A DNA stretch of 64,000 nucleotides from assembly GCA_965214605.1 (NCBI GenBank), contig OZ243961.1, positions 3,584,001-3,648,000 on the forward strand. Direction: 5' to 3'. Below are positions 42,057 through 52,083 of the stretch, one piece after another. A model generated the notes under the pieces. It worked only from the letters and a program-made list of their open reading frames with translations. It ran no database searches and was not told the DNA's origin. The DNA is from an uncultured Candidatus Binatia bacterium (GTDB taxonomy: Bacteria > Desulfobacterota > Binatia > Bin18). The stretch's first letter is position 1. Each line of letters opens with the position of its first letter. The position numbers and the translations under genes are program-made.

Positions 42057-43178
42057 ATGGCAGTCTCAGAAGAACACTATCGAGCCGTAATCAGCGGTCA
42101 GGAGGAAAAGATCCTGGTCTTCCTCAGAGCCTTTGAGTGGCTGCAGGAGAATATGCACCTGAGCCGGATCAAGCAAGCCAAGCAAGACGTCTTTGACCGT
42201 GCTGGCGGCGATATCTTCCCTCCTTTAAAGAGCGCGCTCGAAGACGTTGCAGCGCCACGCCAGCGTGAAGAGTTTCACAAGAAGTGGCTGGAAGCCTTAG
42301 CCCACTTGGAGGATGCCTACACCTCTTTTTTGACTGGCTCTGAGGTCAACTTCATCGTCGCTTATATGCAGAGCCGCCGGGCCTTCTCGCTCGGCAAATA
42401 CGCTCTGTATGAGCTGCGCGCCGAGCTGCCAACGCTGCGAGAATACTGGGTGTTGCCCGAAGCGCTGTCCCGCTGGGCTGAGCTGGAGGCACCGGTCACG
42501 GGTGTTGAGGCGCAGACCGGGGTCATCCATCGGCCGAGTACCGAAAAGCGCGCCGAATATTCACTCTACGTGCCCGAATATTACGACCCGAGCCGGTCCT
42601 GGCCCTTAGTGATTACGCTGCACGGCGGGCATGGGCGTGGGGATGACTACCTGCTGACCTGGCTGCGGGCGGCCAAGAGCGCGGGCTATATTCTCCTGTC
42701 ACCAAAATCGCTGGGCGGGACGTGGTCACTGCAGCGGCCAGGCGTTGATATTCGCTCTATTTTGTCGATGGTCGAAACTCTGCTCGACGAATACAGTATT
42801 GATATCGGCAGGCTGTTTGCCACCGGTCTGTCTGACGGTGGGTCGTTTAGCTATGCGATCGGACTGAGCTGTCCCAAGCTGTTTGCCGGCGTTGCGCCAA
42901 TCGCCGCGGCCGGGATGATCGTCGGCATGTTTAATCTGGATAAGGCCAAAGACTTGCCGATTTATATTATCCACGGCGGCAAGGATTTTATGTTTCCGGT
43001 GGCTACCGCGCAGATGGCCTATGAACTGCTGCAGAAGAGCGAGTTTACCAAGGTGAAGTATGAGGAGCTGCCCGACTGGGGCCACGCTTACACCTACTCT
43101 ATCAATGACACCTTGGTGTTGCCCTGGTTCAACGGCTTGCCGTCAAGACAGCCGCAGACGGAAGCAAAGGGGGCGTAA
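42057..43178 (+). CDS. Alpha/beta hydrolase (phospholipase/carboxylesterase type) with a helical N-terminal extension
   Basis: LYVPE.YD, LHGG.G, GLSDGG nucleophile, HG.KD, GH. Confidence 0.85.
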   Translation: MAVSEEHYRAVISGQEEKILVFLRAFEWLQENMHLSRIKQAKQDVFDRAGGDIFPPLKSALEDVAAPRQREEFHKKWLEALAHLEDAYTSFLTGSEVNFIVAYMQSRRAFSLGKYALYELRAELPTLREYWVLPEALSRWAELEAPVTGVEAQTGVIHRPSTEKRAEYSLYVPEYYDPSRSWPLVITLHGGHGRGDDYLLTWLRAAKSAGYILLSPKSLGGTWSLQRPGVDIRSILSMVETLLDEYSIDIGRLFATGLSDGGSFSYAIGLSCPKLFAGVAPIAAAGMIVGMFNLDKAKDLPIYIIHGGKDFMFPVATAQMAYELLQKSEFTKVKYEELPDWGHAYTYSINDTLVLPWFNGLPSRQPQTEAKGA

Positions 43179-43236
43179 GGCTGTTGGGCGTGTAGGCAGA
43201 GGGGAGGGAGCACCTCCCCGAGGGGCTCTATCACGG

Positions 43237-44661
43237 GTGGAGGGGAATATCGCTCAGCATAGCCAGCTCGGCATTGTCGTTCTCGCTGCCGGTCTTGGAG
43301 AGCGTATGCGCTCTGATCGGGCCAAGGTCTTACACTGCGTGGCGGGCAAACCCCTGGTGTCTCATATTCTTCAAGCCGTCCAGCGCTTGCGGCCCGAGCG
43401 CCTAGTCGTCGTTGTTGGCCACCAAGCCGAGGCGGTCCGACAGGCGTGCAACGGGGCGGGTATCGAGTTTGCCGTCCAGCGCCAGCAGCGCGGCACCGGT
43501 GATGCGGTGCTGGCCGCCCGGCCCGCGTTTGCCGATTGGCGGGGGCAGGTCTTGGTCGTGTGTGGCGATACTCCACTGCTGACAACGGAGACCTTGGCCC
43601 ACTTTGTCCAAGGCCACCGGGCGGCGCAGGCGACCGTGTCGGTCCTGACTACGCGCCTGCCCGACCCGGCTGACTATGGTCGGGTGATTCGCACTAGAGA
43701 GGGCCGGCTGAAGAAAATCGTGGAAGCGCGAGACGCGTCTGTCCAGGAACAGACCGTGGATGAGATCAACTCGGGTATCTATTGTGTACAGGCCGAATTT
43801 TTATTTTCCGTCCTGCGCGCCCTGCGGCCAAACAATGCTCAGGCTGAGTACTATCTGACGGATATTGTGGAGCAGGCTGTCCGTGCCAGACTGCCAACCC
43901 AGGCGGTGCTAACGGAAGATGCCGGGGAGCTTGGCGGGATTAATTGCCGGGAGGAGTTAGCCGCTATGGAAAAGGCAAAACAAGACCAACTGCGTAAGAA
44001 GTGGATGGCCCACGGAGTGACCCTAGAAGACCCTCAGACGGTCTATTTCGACGCGGACGTGACAGTGGGCCGGGACACGGTCATTGGACCCAACACCCAT
44101 CTCAAGGGTCACACCCAGATCGGAGCCCGGTGCCGGATCGACGGCAGTGCCTATATTGAAAACTGTCGGATTGGCAACGATGTCCATATCCTGTTCTCGG
44201 TCGTTCTGTCCAACAGCCAGCTGGCTGACCACAGCTCAGCCGGGCCTTTTTGTCACCTCCGTGGGCAGGCCGTACTTGCCCCTGGGGCTGAGGTGGGGAA
44301 TTTTGTCGAGGTCAAAAAGTCGCTCATCGGTCCACACACCAAGGCCAAACACCTCGCCTATCTTGGTGACGCTGAGATTGGACAAGACACTACTATTGGG
44401 GCAGGGACGATTACGTGTAACTACGACGGCTTTCGCAAGCATCGGACCAGGATCGGTGACCGAGTCCAGGTCGGTGCTGATACCACTCTGGTAGCCCCGA
44501 TTACCATTCACGATGATGTCTATATTGCGACGGCGACCACCGTGCGCCATGACGTGCCAGCCGGGGTGCTGGTGTATAATCCCCGCCAACAGCGGACGCG
44601 TGAGGGATGGACCGCGACAAAACGGGCCAAAGAGACGCACAAAAAAGAGATTGAAGAGTAG
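43237..44661 (+). CDS. glmU: Bifunctional UDP-GlcNAc pyrophosphorylase/acetyltransferase (start uncertain)
   Basis: LAAG.GERM.S..KVLH, EINSGIY, EYYLTD, GNFVEVK, ITCNYDG. Confidence 0.96.
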   Translation: MEGNIAQHSQLGIVVLAAGLGERMRSDRAKVLHCVAGKPLVSHILQAVQRLRPERLVVVVGHQAEAVRQACNGAGIEFAVQRQQRGTGDAVLAARPAFADWRGQVLVVCGDTPLLTTETLAHFVQGHRAAQATVSVLTTRLPDPADYGRVIRTREGRLKKIVEARDASVQEQTVDEINSGIYCVQAEFLFSVLRALRPNNAQAEYYLTDIVEQAVRARLPTQAVLTEDAGELGGINCREELAAMEKAKQDQLRKKWMAHGVTLEDPQTVYFDADVTVGRDTVIGPNTHLKGHTQIGARCRIDGSAYIENCRIGNDVHILFSVVLSNSQLADHSSAGPFCHLRGQAVLAPGAEVGNFVEVKKSLIGPHTKAKHLAYLGDAEIGQDTTIGAGTITCNYDGFRKHRTRIGDRVQVGADTTLVAPITIHDDVYIATATTVRHDVPAGVLVYNPRQQRTREGWTATKRAKETHKKEIEE

Positions 44662-44672
44662 GGACTGGGGAC

Positions 44673-46499
44673 ATGTGCGGTATTATCGGCTACATCGGTT
44701 ATCGTCAGGCAGCCCCGCTGTTGTACCGGGGGCTGCAGCGCCTGGCCTACCGGGGCTATGATTCGGCCGGGTTGGCGGTGGCCGGCGAGGGGCTTGCGCT
44801 GCGGCGCTCGGTTGGCAAACTAGAGAACCTCGACCACGTCCTCCATACCGAGCCGGTCCAGGGCACGGTCGGCATAGGACATACCCGTTGGGCTACGCAC
44901 GGGCGACCGTCCGAGGAAAACGCCCATCCCCACCGTGCCGGACAGGTTGTTGTCATCCACAACGGCATTATTGAAAACTATCTGGAGCTCCGCCACGAAC
45001 TGCTCGCCCAGGGACGGAGCTTTAGCTCAGAGACCGATAGCGAGGTGATTTCGCATCTCATCGATCAGCATATCCAAGACGGTCTCGCTTTTGCCGAGGC
45101 GACCCGGGCCGCTCTCAAACGGCTGACTGGGTCGTTTGCCATTGTGGCCCTGTGCGAGAGCCAGCCCGATACCATTGTGACGGCCAAGAACTCGACACCC
45201 ATCGTTGTTGGGCTCGGGGAGCGCGAAAACTTTATTGCGTCCGATATCCCTGCTCTGTTGGACTACACCCGCCAAGTCGTCTTCCTCGAAGACGGCGAGA
45301 TCGCTGAGGTCACCCGGGAGGGGATACGTTTCTCTAATTTTGACGGCCAGCCGGTCGACCGCGCGCCCCGTCCCGTCACCTGGGACGCGTTGACCGCCCA
45401 GAAAGAGGGCTATAAACACTTCCTGCTCAAGGAAATCCACGAGCAGCCGCAGGCCATTATCGACACGATGCGGGGCCGTATCCAGACTGAGGAGGGCCAT
45501 GTGTGGTTGGGCGAGCTTGAGCCCCACGGTCAGGTTTTAGACTCGATCAAACGAATCTCGCTGCTGGCCTGCGGCACGGCTTGGCACGCCTGTTTGCTGG
45601 GCAAGTTTTTCCTGGAGGAACTGGCCCGTATTCCGGCCGAGGTCGATTATGGCAGCGAGTTCCGTTACCGCAACCCACCGGTTGACGCCGACACCTTGGT
45701 CTTAACCGTGTCACAGTCGGGCGAAACAGCTGACACCTTAGCAGCGCTAGAGGGCGGCAGAGCCGCCGGAGCCAAGACCCTCACCATCTGTAATGTGGTC
45801 GATGCGTCGATCCCGCGCAAGGCTGACATGGTCGTCTATACCCACGCCGGACCGGAGATCAGCGTTGCCTCCACAAAAACCTTTACCAGCCAGCTGGTCG
45901 CGCTCTATCTGTTAGCGCTCTATCTGGGCCGTCGCCGTGGCGTCCTCAACGCAGAGCGTGGTCGTCAGCTCATTGAGAGCGTAGTGAACCTGCCCGCACT
46001 GCTCCAACACGGCTTGGCTCAAGGTCGGGCGATTGAAAAAATTGCCAAAAAATATGGTCATGCCGACGATTTCTTATACCTCGGCCGTGGGGTGAATTAT
46101 CCCATCGCGCTTGAAGGAGCGCTCAAGCTCAAAGAAATCTCGTATATTCACGCCGAAGGCTATCCGGCCGGGGAAATGAAACACGGACCGATCGCGCTGA
46201 TTGACGATCAGCTGCCTGTGGTTGTGTTGCTGCCCAAAGATCCCGTCTACGCCAAGACGCTTAGCAACATGAAAGAAGTTGAGGCACGTGGGGGGCGGAT
46301 TATCGCCGTGACCGACACGCCGTCCCAAGAGCTGGAAGATATCGCCTGGGAGATCATTCAGGTTCCCAGCATCCACCATCTGTTAATGCCGATTGTGTTG
46401 ATGGTTCCCCTTCAGCTCTTGGCCTATCATATTGCCCTGTACCGTGGTACCGACGTTGATCAACCCCGGAACTTGGCCAAGAGCGTGACGGTGGAGTAA
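44673..46499 (+). CDS. glmS: Glutamine--fructose-6-phosphate transaminase
   Basis: MCGIIG, GHTRWATHG, SQSGETADT, PRNLAKSVTVE. Confidence 0.98.
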   Translation: MCGIIGYIGYRQAAPLLYRGLQRLAYRGYDSAGLAVAGEGLALRRSVGKLENLDHVLHTEPVQGTVGIGHTRWATHGRPSEENAHPHRAGQVVVIHNGIIENYLELRHELLAQGRSFSSETDSEVISHLIDQHIQDGLAFAEATRAALKRLTGSFAIVALCESQPDTIVTAKNSTPIVVGLGERENFIASDIPALLDYTRQVVFLEDGEIAEVTREGIRFSNFDGQPVDRAPRPVTWDALTAQKEGYKHFLLKEIHEQPQAIIDTMRGRIQTEEGHVWLGELEPHGQVLDSIKRISLLACGTAWHACLLGKFFLEELARIPAEVDYGSEFRYRNPPVDADTLVLTVSQSGETADTLAALEGGRAAGAKTLTICNVVDASIPRKADMVVYTHAGPEISVASTKTFTSQLVALYLLALYLGRRRGVLNAERGRQLIESVVNLPALLQHGLAQGRAIEKIAKKYGHADDFLYLGRGVNYPIALEGALKLKEISYIHAEGYPAGEMKHGPIALIDDQLPVVVLLPKDPVYAKTLSNMKEVEARGGRIIAVTDTPSQELEDIAWEIIQVPSIHHLLMPIVLMVPLQLLAYHIALYRGTDVDQPRNLAKSVTVE

Positions 46500-46542
46500 A
46501 GGGGCCCAGCCGCCGGGAGCTCGACGCGCCGCCGTCCCATCC

Positions 46543-47997
46543 TCAGTCGGCCCCGGCCTTCGTAATCCCGGCCAACTGCCGAGCATAGTCGGCCGCGGTC
46601 GTAAAGTCATATTCCCGGTAGGTCTGGAGTTTCTCGGCTTCCAGCGAGCCCTCGGCGTGTACGGCGAGTACCTCCTGATAGCCGCCAAAGTCACCTGCGG
46701 TTAGATCGGAGATCAGGTTGAGCAGCCGGATGCGTTCTTCGGCCGAGGTGCCCTTTTTTCCGCCATAGTATTTTTCGAGATACGGCCCGGTCGCCTCACT
46801 GCGCCAATCCTCGACCGCCGGGCCGGTGACCAGCAGACCGCCGCTCACATCTTGGACCAGTTGCACTGCGGCGTGATAGTTTGAGGCGAACTGATACTTG
46901 GCGACGTTGGTCAGCAGGGTGTTAGGAACGGCAATGCCTGGCGCAACGACCTCGTGGTTATGGGCCGCCGCAAAAATCAGGCCCTGTACCGTGGCGTGAT
47001 AGGTCGCCAGCTTGGTCAACTTCTCCCGAATATGCCCGGCTCGTTCAATCCCGTTGTATTCGGCGATTGCCTGAGCGGCGCCGGCTAGCAGTTCCAGCAG
47101 GGGCAGTTTATAGGACACTGCGGTGAAACGATGAAACTTAACAAAGGTCAACGCGAGGAAGCCGGCGGCTTCGGTTTCGCCGTTGAGGAAAACGCGCTCC
47201 CAGGGCACGAACACATCGTCAAAAACCGTCAGCGTTTCCATCATCTTGTGACTGGCGCTGATCGGGAACTCAAACGGATCTTTCTCCACTCCTCCGTAGG
47301 AGCTGGCCAGCAACTTGAGCCCCTTGGTCGCAGCCGGCAGAGCAAAGGCCACAGAGTAGGCGCTATCGTCCGGCTTCATTGCCCGCGTTGGGAGGACGAT
47401 GACCTCATCGGTGTTGGTTAACACCGAGGTGTGCGTCTTGGCGCCGCGCACCACGATACCGTCCGAACGTTCTTCCACCACCCGCAGGTAGTAGTCGTCG
47501 TGGGCCTGGCCCCGGGGACCGAGTCCCCTGTCGCCCTTAACATCGCTCTGAGCCACAGCAACGCCGTAGTCTCGATCACGGCACAGTTCATAATAGTTGC
47601 GAACCCGCTCTTCGTATTCGGGCTTGCCGCGTTTGGCCATCTCTTCAGCGACAATATGTAGGGCAAATAAGGCGTCGGTGCCAATCTCTTTAATCAGCAC
47701 GACCAGGGTCGCCCCCTCGCGGGTACTGGCCGCAATCAGACGGCTGCGCTGGAGCAAGTCCTCGGTATTGCGGGGCATATGATAGTAGCGCGAATAGTCG
47801 CCCAGACTGCGATCTTTGACCACGGCCAGATCTCGGTAGCGGGGGTCTTCAGCCATTTGATAGTCAATACAGGCGTGGTTGACCGCCTTGCCAATGATGG
47901 GATGGGTGGTGACATCGGGCACCAATTCTCCCCGATAGTAGACCTCGCGGCCATCTTTCAGGGCTTCTCTGTACTGTTGTGGTGTGCGCAGGCCCAT
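46543..47997 (-). CDS. 4-hydroxyphenylacetate 3-hydroxylase / 4-hydroxybutyryl-CoA dehydratase family flavoprotein
   Basis: DVTTHP, AQSDVKGDR, DGIVVRGAK, FDDVFVPWERVF, HAEGS. Confidence 0.88.
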   Translation of the reverse strand: MGLRTPQQYREALKDGREVYYRGELVPDVTTHPIIGKAVNHACIDYQMAEDPRYRDLAVVKDRSLGDYSRYYHMPRNTEDLLQRSRLIAASTREGATLVVLIKEIGTDALFALHIVAEEMAKRGKPEYEERVRNYYELCRDRDYGVAVAQSDVKGDRGLGPRGQAHDDYYLRVVEERSDGIVVRGAKTHTSVLTNTDEVIVLPTRAMKPDDSAYSVAFALPAATKGLKLLASSYGGVEKDPFEFPISASHKMMETLTVFDDVFVPWERVFLNGETEAAGFLALTFVKFHRFTAVSYKLPLLELLAGAAQAIAEYNGIERAGHIREKLTKLATYHATVQGLIFAAAHNHEVVAPGIAVPNTLLTNVAKYQFASNYHAAVQLVQDVSGGLLVTGPAVEDWRSEATGPYLEKYYGGKKGTSAEERIRLLNLISDLTAGDFGGYQEVLAVHAEGSLEAEKLQTYREYDFTTAADYARQLAGITKAGAD

Positions 47998-48013
47998 CGT
48001 CTTGTCCTCCTGT

Positions 48014-49807
48014 CTAGATGACGACCTCGAGCTGGAAAATCAGGTTATCACGATCACGTAAAAAGCCGATTCCGTTGTACTGTCCGTCAATGTAGTTGTA
48101 CTGAATGATGAAACGGAACGGATCACGGGTAAAAGTAACGCCTGGCTGCACTAGCCAGGCGCCCTGCCAGTCATACAGAAAGATCAGCGAGGGCGAGATC
48201 GCGCCCGAACGATAGGCGGTCGAAATGGAGAGGGTGTTGACCAACTGGTGCTGGTCCCTATTAACAAAGGACGTATTTTGTCTATGCGGATCGAAGGCCG
48301 GGATGGCGAAGTGACCAAAGCCAAAGTTGTCGCTGACCGAGCTGAGCTTGGTATCGTTAAAATCCAGAATATGGGTGCCAAAAATCTGGCTGCTAATGAC
48401 AACCGACTGCTGAGGATTGAGCAGCCGAATATAGCGCTCCATGTCTATACCGAGCGACCAGCGGATCACATCCGAGCGGTCGATGTCCGTTTTGTAGCGT
48501 AGGCAGACGTCGTTGGTGACGGAGGGTGGGCAGGGGACTCTGCTGTAGCCGGGTGTCAGGACAAAATTGGTTAGGTCAGCAACCGGCCCCTCGATCTGAT
48601 CTGAGGCCGAGTTCTTAAAGAACGGTTCGGCATAAAAATAGGCAAATTCGCTGCGGACGATAGCCGACAGGCTAGGTAGGCCAAAGGTCAGGGTTGCCCC
48701 GCTGATCTGAGTCTTAGGAAACAAAACATTGGCCTGGAAATTATCGAACAGATAGCGCCCGAATTCACCCTGCCGGGTCGCGTCCCGAAATTCGCTGAGT
48801 CTGAGCGGGGGAGCCGTGGCCGGAGTGACAATGCGAAGCGTCGCGTCGTCAAGATAGGTATAGTAGTGGGCCACGCTGAACATGAAATCACCCCACACCC
48901 CGACAATCCGCCCGCCACCCCGCATATCGGTGAAGTTGCGGGCCGGTTTTTTGAGAGCGCTGCGAATGCCGGCCGGATTGGGGGTTGACCACGGCGAGCC
49001 GACCGGGACTGGGGTTGAAACTTCGTCGTCCACGACCATAAAACCTTCGAAATTCAGCTCTGACAGCGGCCCAATACCCCCTAAACCGTACACCATACGG
49101 AGCATATCAAGCGGGATGCGTCGCTCGTCTAGTGTGACGAGAAAGCCGCCAAAGCTGGCGTCTAGAGGGTTGATCTGGTCCAAGAGGCGAAACACGTCCG
49201 TCTCTCCCCACGACAGATTTTGACGTCCAATACGGATAAACAGCGGACCCTTGGTATAGTTGATATACGCCTCAAACAGTCGGTGACGACTCCGCCGGCG
49301 CTGACGGGTATCGACCTGAGTGCAGTCAAAAGCCCGGGGTTTCTTTTGTGTCTGTTTACTCGGCGTGCCGCAGTCGCTCAGCAGGGGAAAACGCTCACTA
49401 AACACGTCCGGACCAAAATCCCACACCCCGTCGTACTCGCCACGATAAGTCACGAAATACTCAAAATCGTCGGGTGCCAGAAAGCTGAGGGGACTGAGCA
49501 AAGAGTGGACAGCGGCTAAGGGGCCGTCAGACCGGCCCATAATCAGGTCGGTCAGGTTGTGGCGGAGTTCCATCTGAATAAAGGTACGATTTTGCAGCAT
49601 GTTCCAGCTGTTATAGGGGGTCTGAAGGCGGGTGTTATCGGCCGCACTCTCAACCGCCATCGCCGTCCGGTTATACACCCGGCCGTTGAAGCGGACGGTT
49701 TCGGCCTCGTCGACAAAGACCGCCCAGGCCGAAGTGGAGAACAGGCTGCACAGAATCGCCAAACCGAGGCCAAGCCACCGCCACCAAATCGTACTCGTCT
49801 CTCTCAT
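48014..49807 (-). CDS. Putative outer-membrane beta-barrel (DUF1302-like)
   Basis: Signal peptide (AWA-V), EAYI, RIGRQNLSWGETD, C-terminal RDRDNLIFQLEV. Confidence 0.75.
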   Translation of the reverse strand: MRETSTIWWRWLGLGLAILCSLFSTSAWAVFVDEAETVRFNGRVYNRTAMAVESAADNTRLQTPYNSWNMLQNRTFIQMELRHNLTDLIMGRSDGPLAAVHSLLSPLSFLAPDDFEYFVTYRGEYDGVWDFGPDVFSERFPLLSDCGTPSKQTQKKPRAFDCTQVDTRQRRRSRHRLFEAYINYTKGPLFIRIGRQNLSWGETDVFRLLDQINPLDASFGGFLVTLDERRIPLDMLRMVYGLGGIGPLSELNFEGFMVVDDEVSTPVPVGSPWSTPNPAGIRSALKKPARNFTDMRGGGRIVGVWGDFMFSVAHYYTYLDDATLRIVTPATAPPLRLSEFRDATRQGEFGRYLFDNFQANVLFPKTQISGATLTFGLPSLSAIVRSEFAYFYAEPFFKNSASDQIEGPVADLTNFVLTPGYSRVPCPPSVTNDVCLRYKTDIDRSDVIRWSLGIDMERYIRLLNPQQSVVISSQIFGTHILDFNDTKLSSVSDNFGFGHFAIPAFDPHRQNTSFVNRDQHQLVNTLSISTAYRSGAISPSLIFLYDWQGAWLVQPGVTFTRDPFRFIIQYNYIDGQYNGIGFLRDRDNLIFQLEVVI

Positions 49808-50169
49808 CGTCGCTCCTACGAACCAAGGCAGCATAGCGAAAAGCCGGGGCTACTGAAAGTAGGGTTTTGGAGGAGGGAGTGGACTAGCGCATCGCTGCCG
49901 TCCGCACCTGGCTCTCATCCGTCCAGCCCTGGATACCCCTCTGGGCGGTTGGGAGGGTTTTGGGTGACTTTCAGACAAAGAGACCCAGGAGGCCCAAGCA
50001 GGGTGGCGACAAAGCGGGACGGAACTATGCCCATTTCAAAAGACAGGTGACGGTCTTGGGCCGGTCAGCGACGCCAGAATGCCGGCCTAGACGGTTTTCC
50101 GCTCCCGCACGTCGCCAGCCGTGACGACGTCCCGGTTTTTTTGTCAGGCGTATTGAGACTGAGCAACTG

Positions 50170-50300
50170 CCTCTCATAAAAATATCGCTCTGAATCTTGA
50201 CCTTGTACTGCAGACCGCCACTCAGGTCTGCGTCCTGTTGGCCAGCGGGGAACGATGCGCGCGACCGGCTTGCCATATGTGGTGATGAGTATCTTCGTTA
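50170..50300 (-). pseudogene. Frameshifted Phd/YefM-type antitoxin remnant
   Basis: ILITTYGKPVARIVP in one frame continues as PAGQQDADLSGGLQYKVKIQSDIF in another; N-terminus missing. Confidence 0.6.
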
Positions 50301-50502
50301 GTCCAATAGCACGAGGCACTGCTCCCTACATTTTGCAGTTCCAGTGCTGTTCCATTTCCAACAGCCATTCGTCATCATATTGGTCCATTTGAAACGCGTT
50401 CCAACGTATGCTGCTCCCATTGCGATATAGACGAGGCCAGCGACTCAAGCGGACTCCGGCATGCCTTTTCCTGACTGGGGTGGTGTGGTAAACAGTCGGA
50501 TC

Positions 50503-52035
50503 ATGAATCTGGCGCAGATTTTCTGGCAGCGTTTACGCAACGATGAGAGCCGCCCAATATTTGAAAAGCTGGAACCAAGCGGACAGGTGAGCTGGCGGCA
50601 AACACGGGGCGAGCTGTTAGAGGATACCTCGCGCTGGATGACCGCTCTGCGGACGGCCGGCATTGAGGTCGGCGACCGGGTAGCACTCTCTCTGGGCAAG
50701 TCGGATGGATTGGCCACCGTCCATCTCGCCGTCTTAGGTCTTGGAGCCGCGGTGGTGCCGCTGAATCCCGCCCTGGCACCGCGCGAAGCCGAGGCCGTCT
50801 TAGAGCGCGCCAAGGTCAAGCTTGCTATCACCACGCCGCAAACAGTGAACCGAGCGCCGGGCATTAGGGCCGCAGTAGCTGGACCGTGGTGGGTGAGTGG
50901 CAGCGCAGCCGAGCAGGCCGAGGGGACGAACTTGGTGGTGGATATCCTAGCTACGGCCCAAGCCGGTCCAGAACCCATTGAGCGGGCAGGCAATGATATG
51001 GCGCTCCTGCTGTTCACGAGCGGCACGACTGGTACCCCAAAAGGCGTTGGTCTGACCCACCGGAATCTCCACGCAAATCTCCAAGCCTTACTGGTTGACA
51101 TGTGGGAGATGGGGGAAGACGATCGTCTCCTGCACGCCCTCCCGCCGCATCATCTGCACGGATTAGGACTCGGCCTGTACGGCACCCTGTATAGCGGCTG
51201 TAGCGCCGTGTTGCTGGAACGTTTTGATCCAGCCATAGTCTTACACGCGCTAGACAGCCAGCGCATTAGCGTGTTCATGGGCGTGCCAACCATGTATCAC
51301 CGTATGCTGGACGTTGAGGGCGAGGTATCGCTGACCTCAATGCGGCTCTTCACCTGTGGTTCGGCCCCCTTATCGGTCGACACCTTCCGCCGCTTTCAGG
51401 CCCGCTTTGGATTTACGCTAGTTGAGCGCTACGGGCTGACCGAGACGGCTATTAACACCTCCAACCCGCTCCGCGGGGTCCAAAAAGCGGGCAGCGTCGG
51501 ACTGCCGCTCCCAGGGGTGGAGGTCGGGGTATTTGATCCGGAAACCCGCCGCGGGCTGACCAACGGTCACACTGGCGAGATCTGGGTTCGGGGTCCGAAT
51601 GTCTTTGGCGGCTATTGGAATGACTCCAAGGCGACCGCTGCTGCCTTTGAGGACGACTGGTTTCGGACCGGTGACCTCGGGGTCGTGTCCGAGGACGGCT
51701 ATGTGTCAATTCTCGGCCGGATGAAAGAGCTGATTCTCGTTGGGGGGACCAATGTTACCCCCGGGGAGGTCGAGGCGGTGTTGGAGCTGGAATCCGGAGT
51801 GCACGAATGTGCCGTCGCTGGTCTGCCCGACCCGGACTTGGGAGAGCGCATCGCTGCCTTTATCGTGCCGTGCCGAGGACAAGACCCGGCGGTTGTGGAG
51901 GCCCGGCTCAGGGCGCGGGTCGAGCAAGACTTGGCCCCCTATAAACGGCCGCGTCGCTACCGTTTTATCGACGAGATTCCCCGCAACGCAATGGGCAAAG
52001 TGGAGCGGGGCAAGTTACAAGAGATGGGCGGTTAA
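50503..52035 (+). CDS. AMP-binding acyl-CoA synthetase (MatB-like)
   Basis: FTSGTTGTPKG, ERYGLTE, FRTGD, PRNAMGKV. Confidence 0.92.
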   Translation: MNLAQIFWQRLRNDESRPIFEKLEPSGQVSWRQTRGELLEDTSRWMTALRTAGIEVGDRVALSLGKSDGLATVHLAVLGLGAAVVPLNPALAPREAEAVLERAKVKLAITTPQTVNRAPGIRAAVAGPWWVSGSAAEQAEGTNLVVDILATAQAGPEPIERAGNDMALLLFTSGTTGTPKGVGLTHRNLHANLQALLVDMWEMGEDDRLLHALPPHHLHGLGLGLYGTLYSGCSAVLLERFDPAIVLHALDSQRISVFMGVPTMYHRMLDVEGEVSLTSMRLFTCGSAPLSVDTFRRFQARFGFTLVERYGLTETAINTSNPLRGVQKAGSVGLPLPGVEVGVFDPETRRGLTNGHTGEIWVRGPNVFGGYWNDSKATAAAFEDDWFRTGDLGVVSEDGYVSILGRMKELILVGGTNVTPGEVEAVLELESGVHECAVAGLPDPDLGERIAAFIVPCRGQDPAVVEARLRARVEQDLAPYKRPRRYRFIDEIPRNAMGKVERGKLQEMGG

Positions 52036-52083
52036 GACTGAACAATGTTGCCACAGGCTCGCCGCTCATCTGTAGAGGAAACT

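Noticed and set aside
46455-46545. attTn7 site at the glmS 3' end
   Set aside because: The conserved glmS tail is present, but the next gene ends 43 nt later with no Tn7 ends or tns genes; the site is empty
50020-50135. Possible ZTP or c-di-GMP riboswitch
   Set aside because: Lacks the CGCCUGGGC element of ZTP and the GCAAA..GGCCUAA elements of c-di-GMP-I
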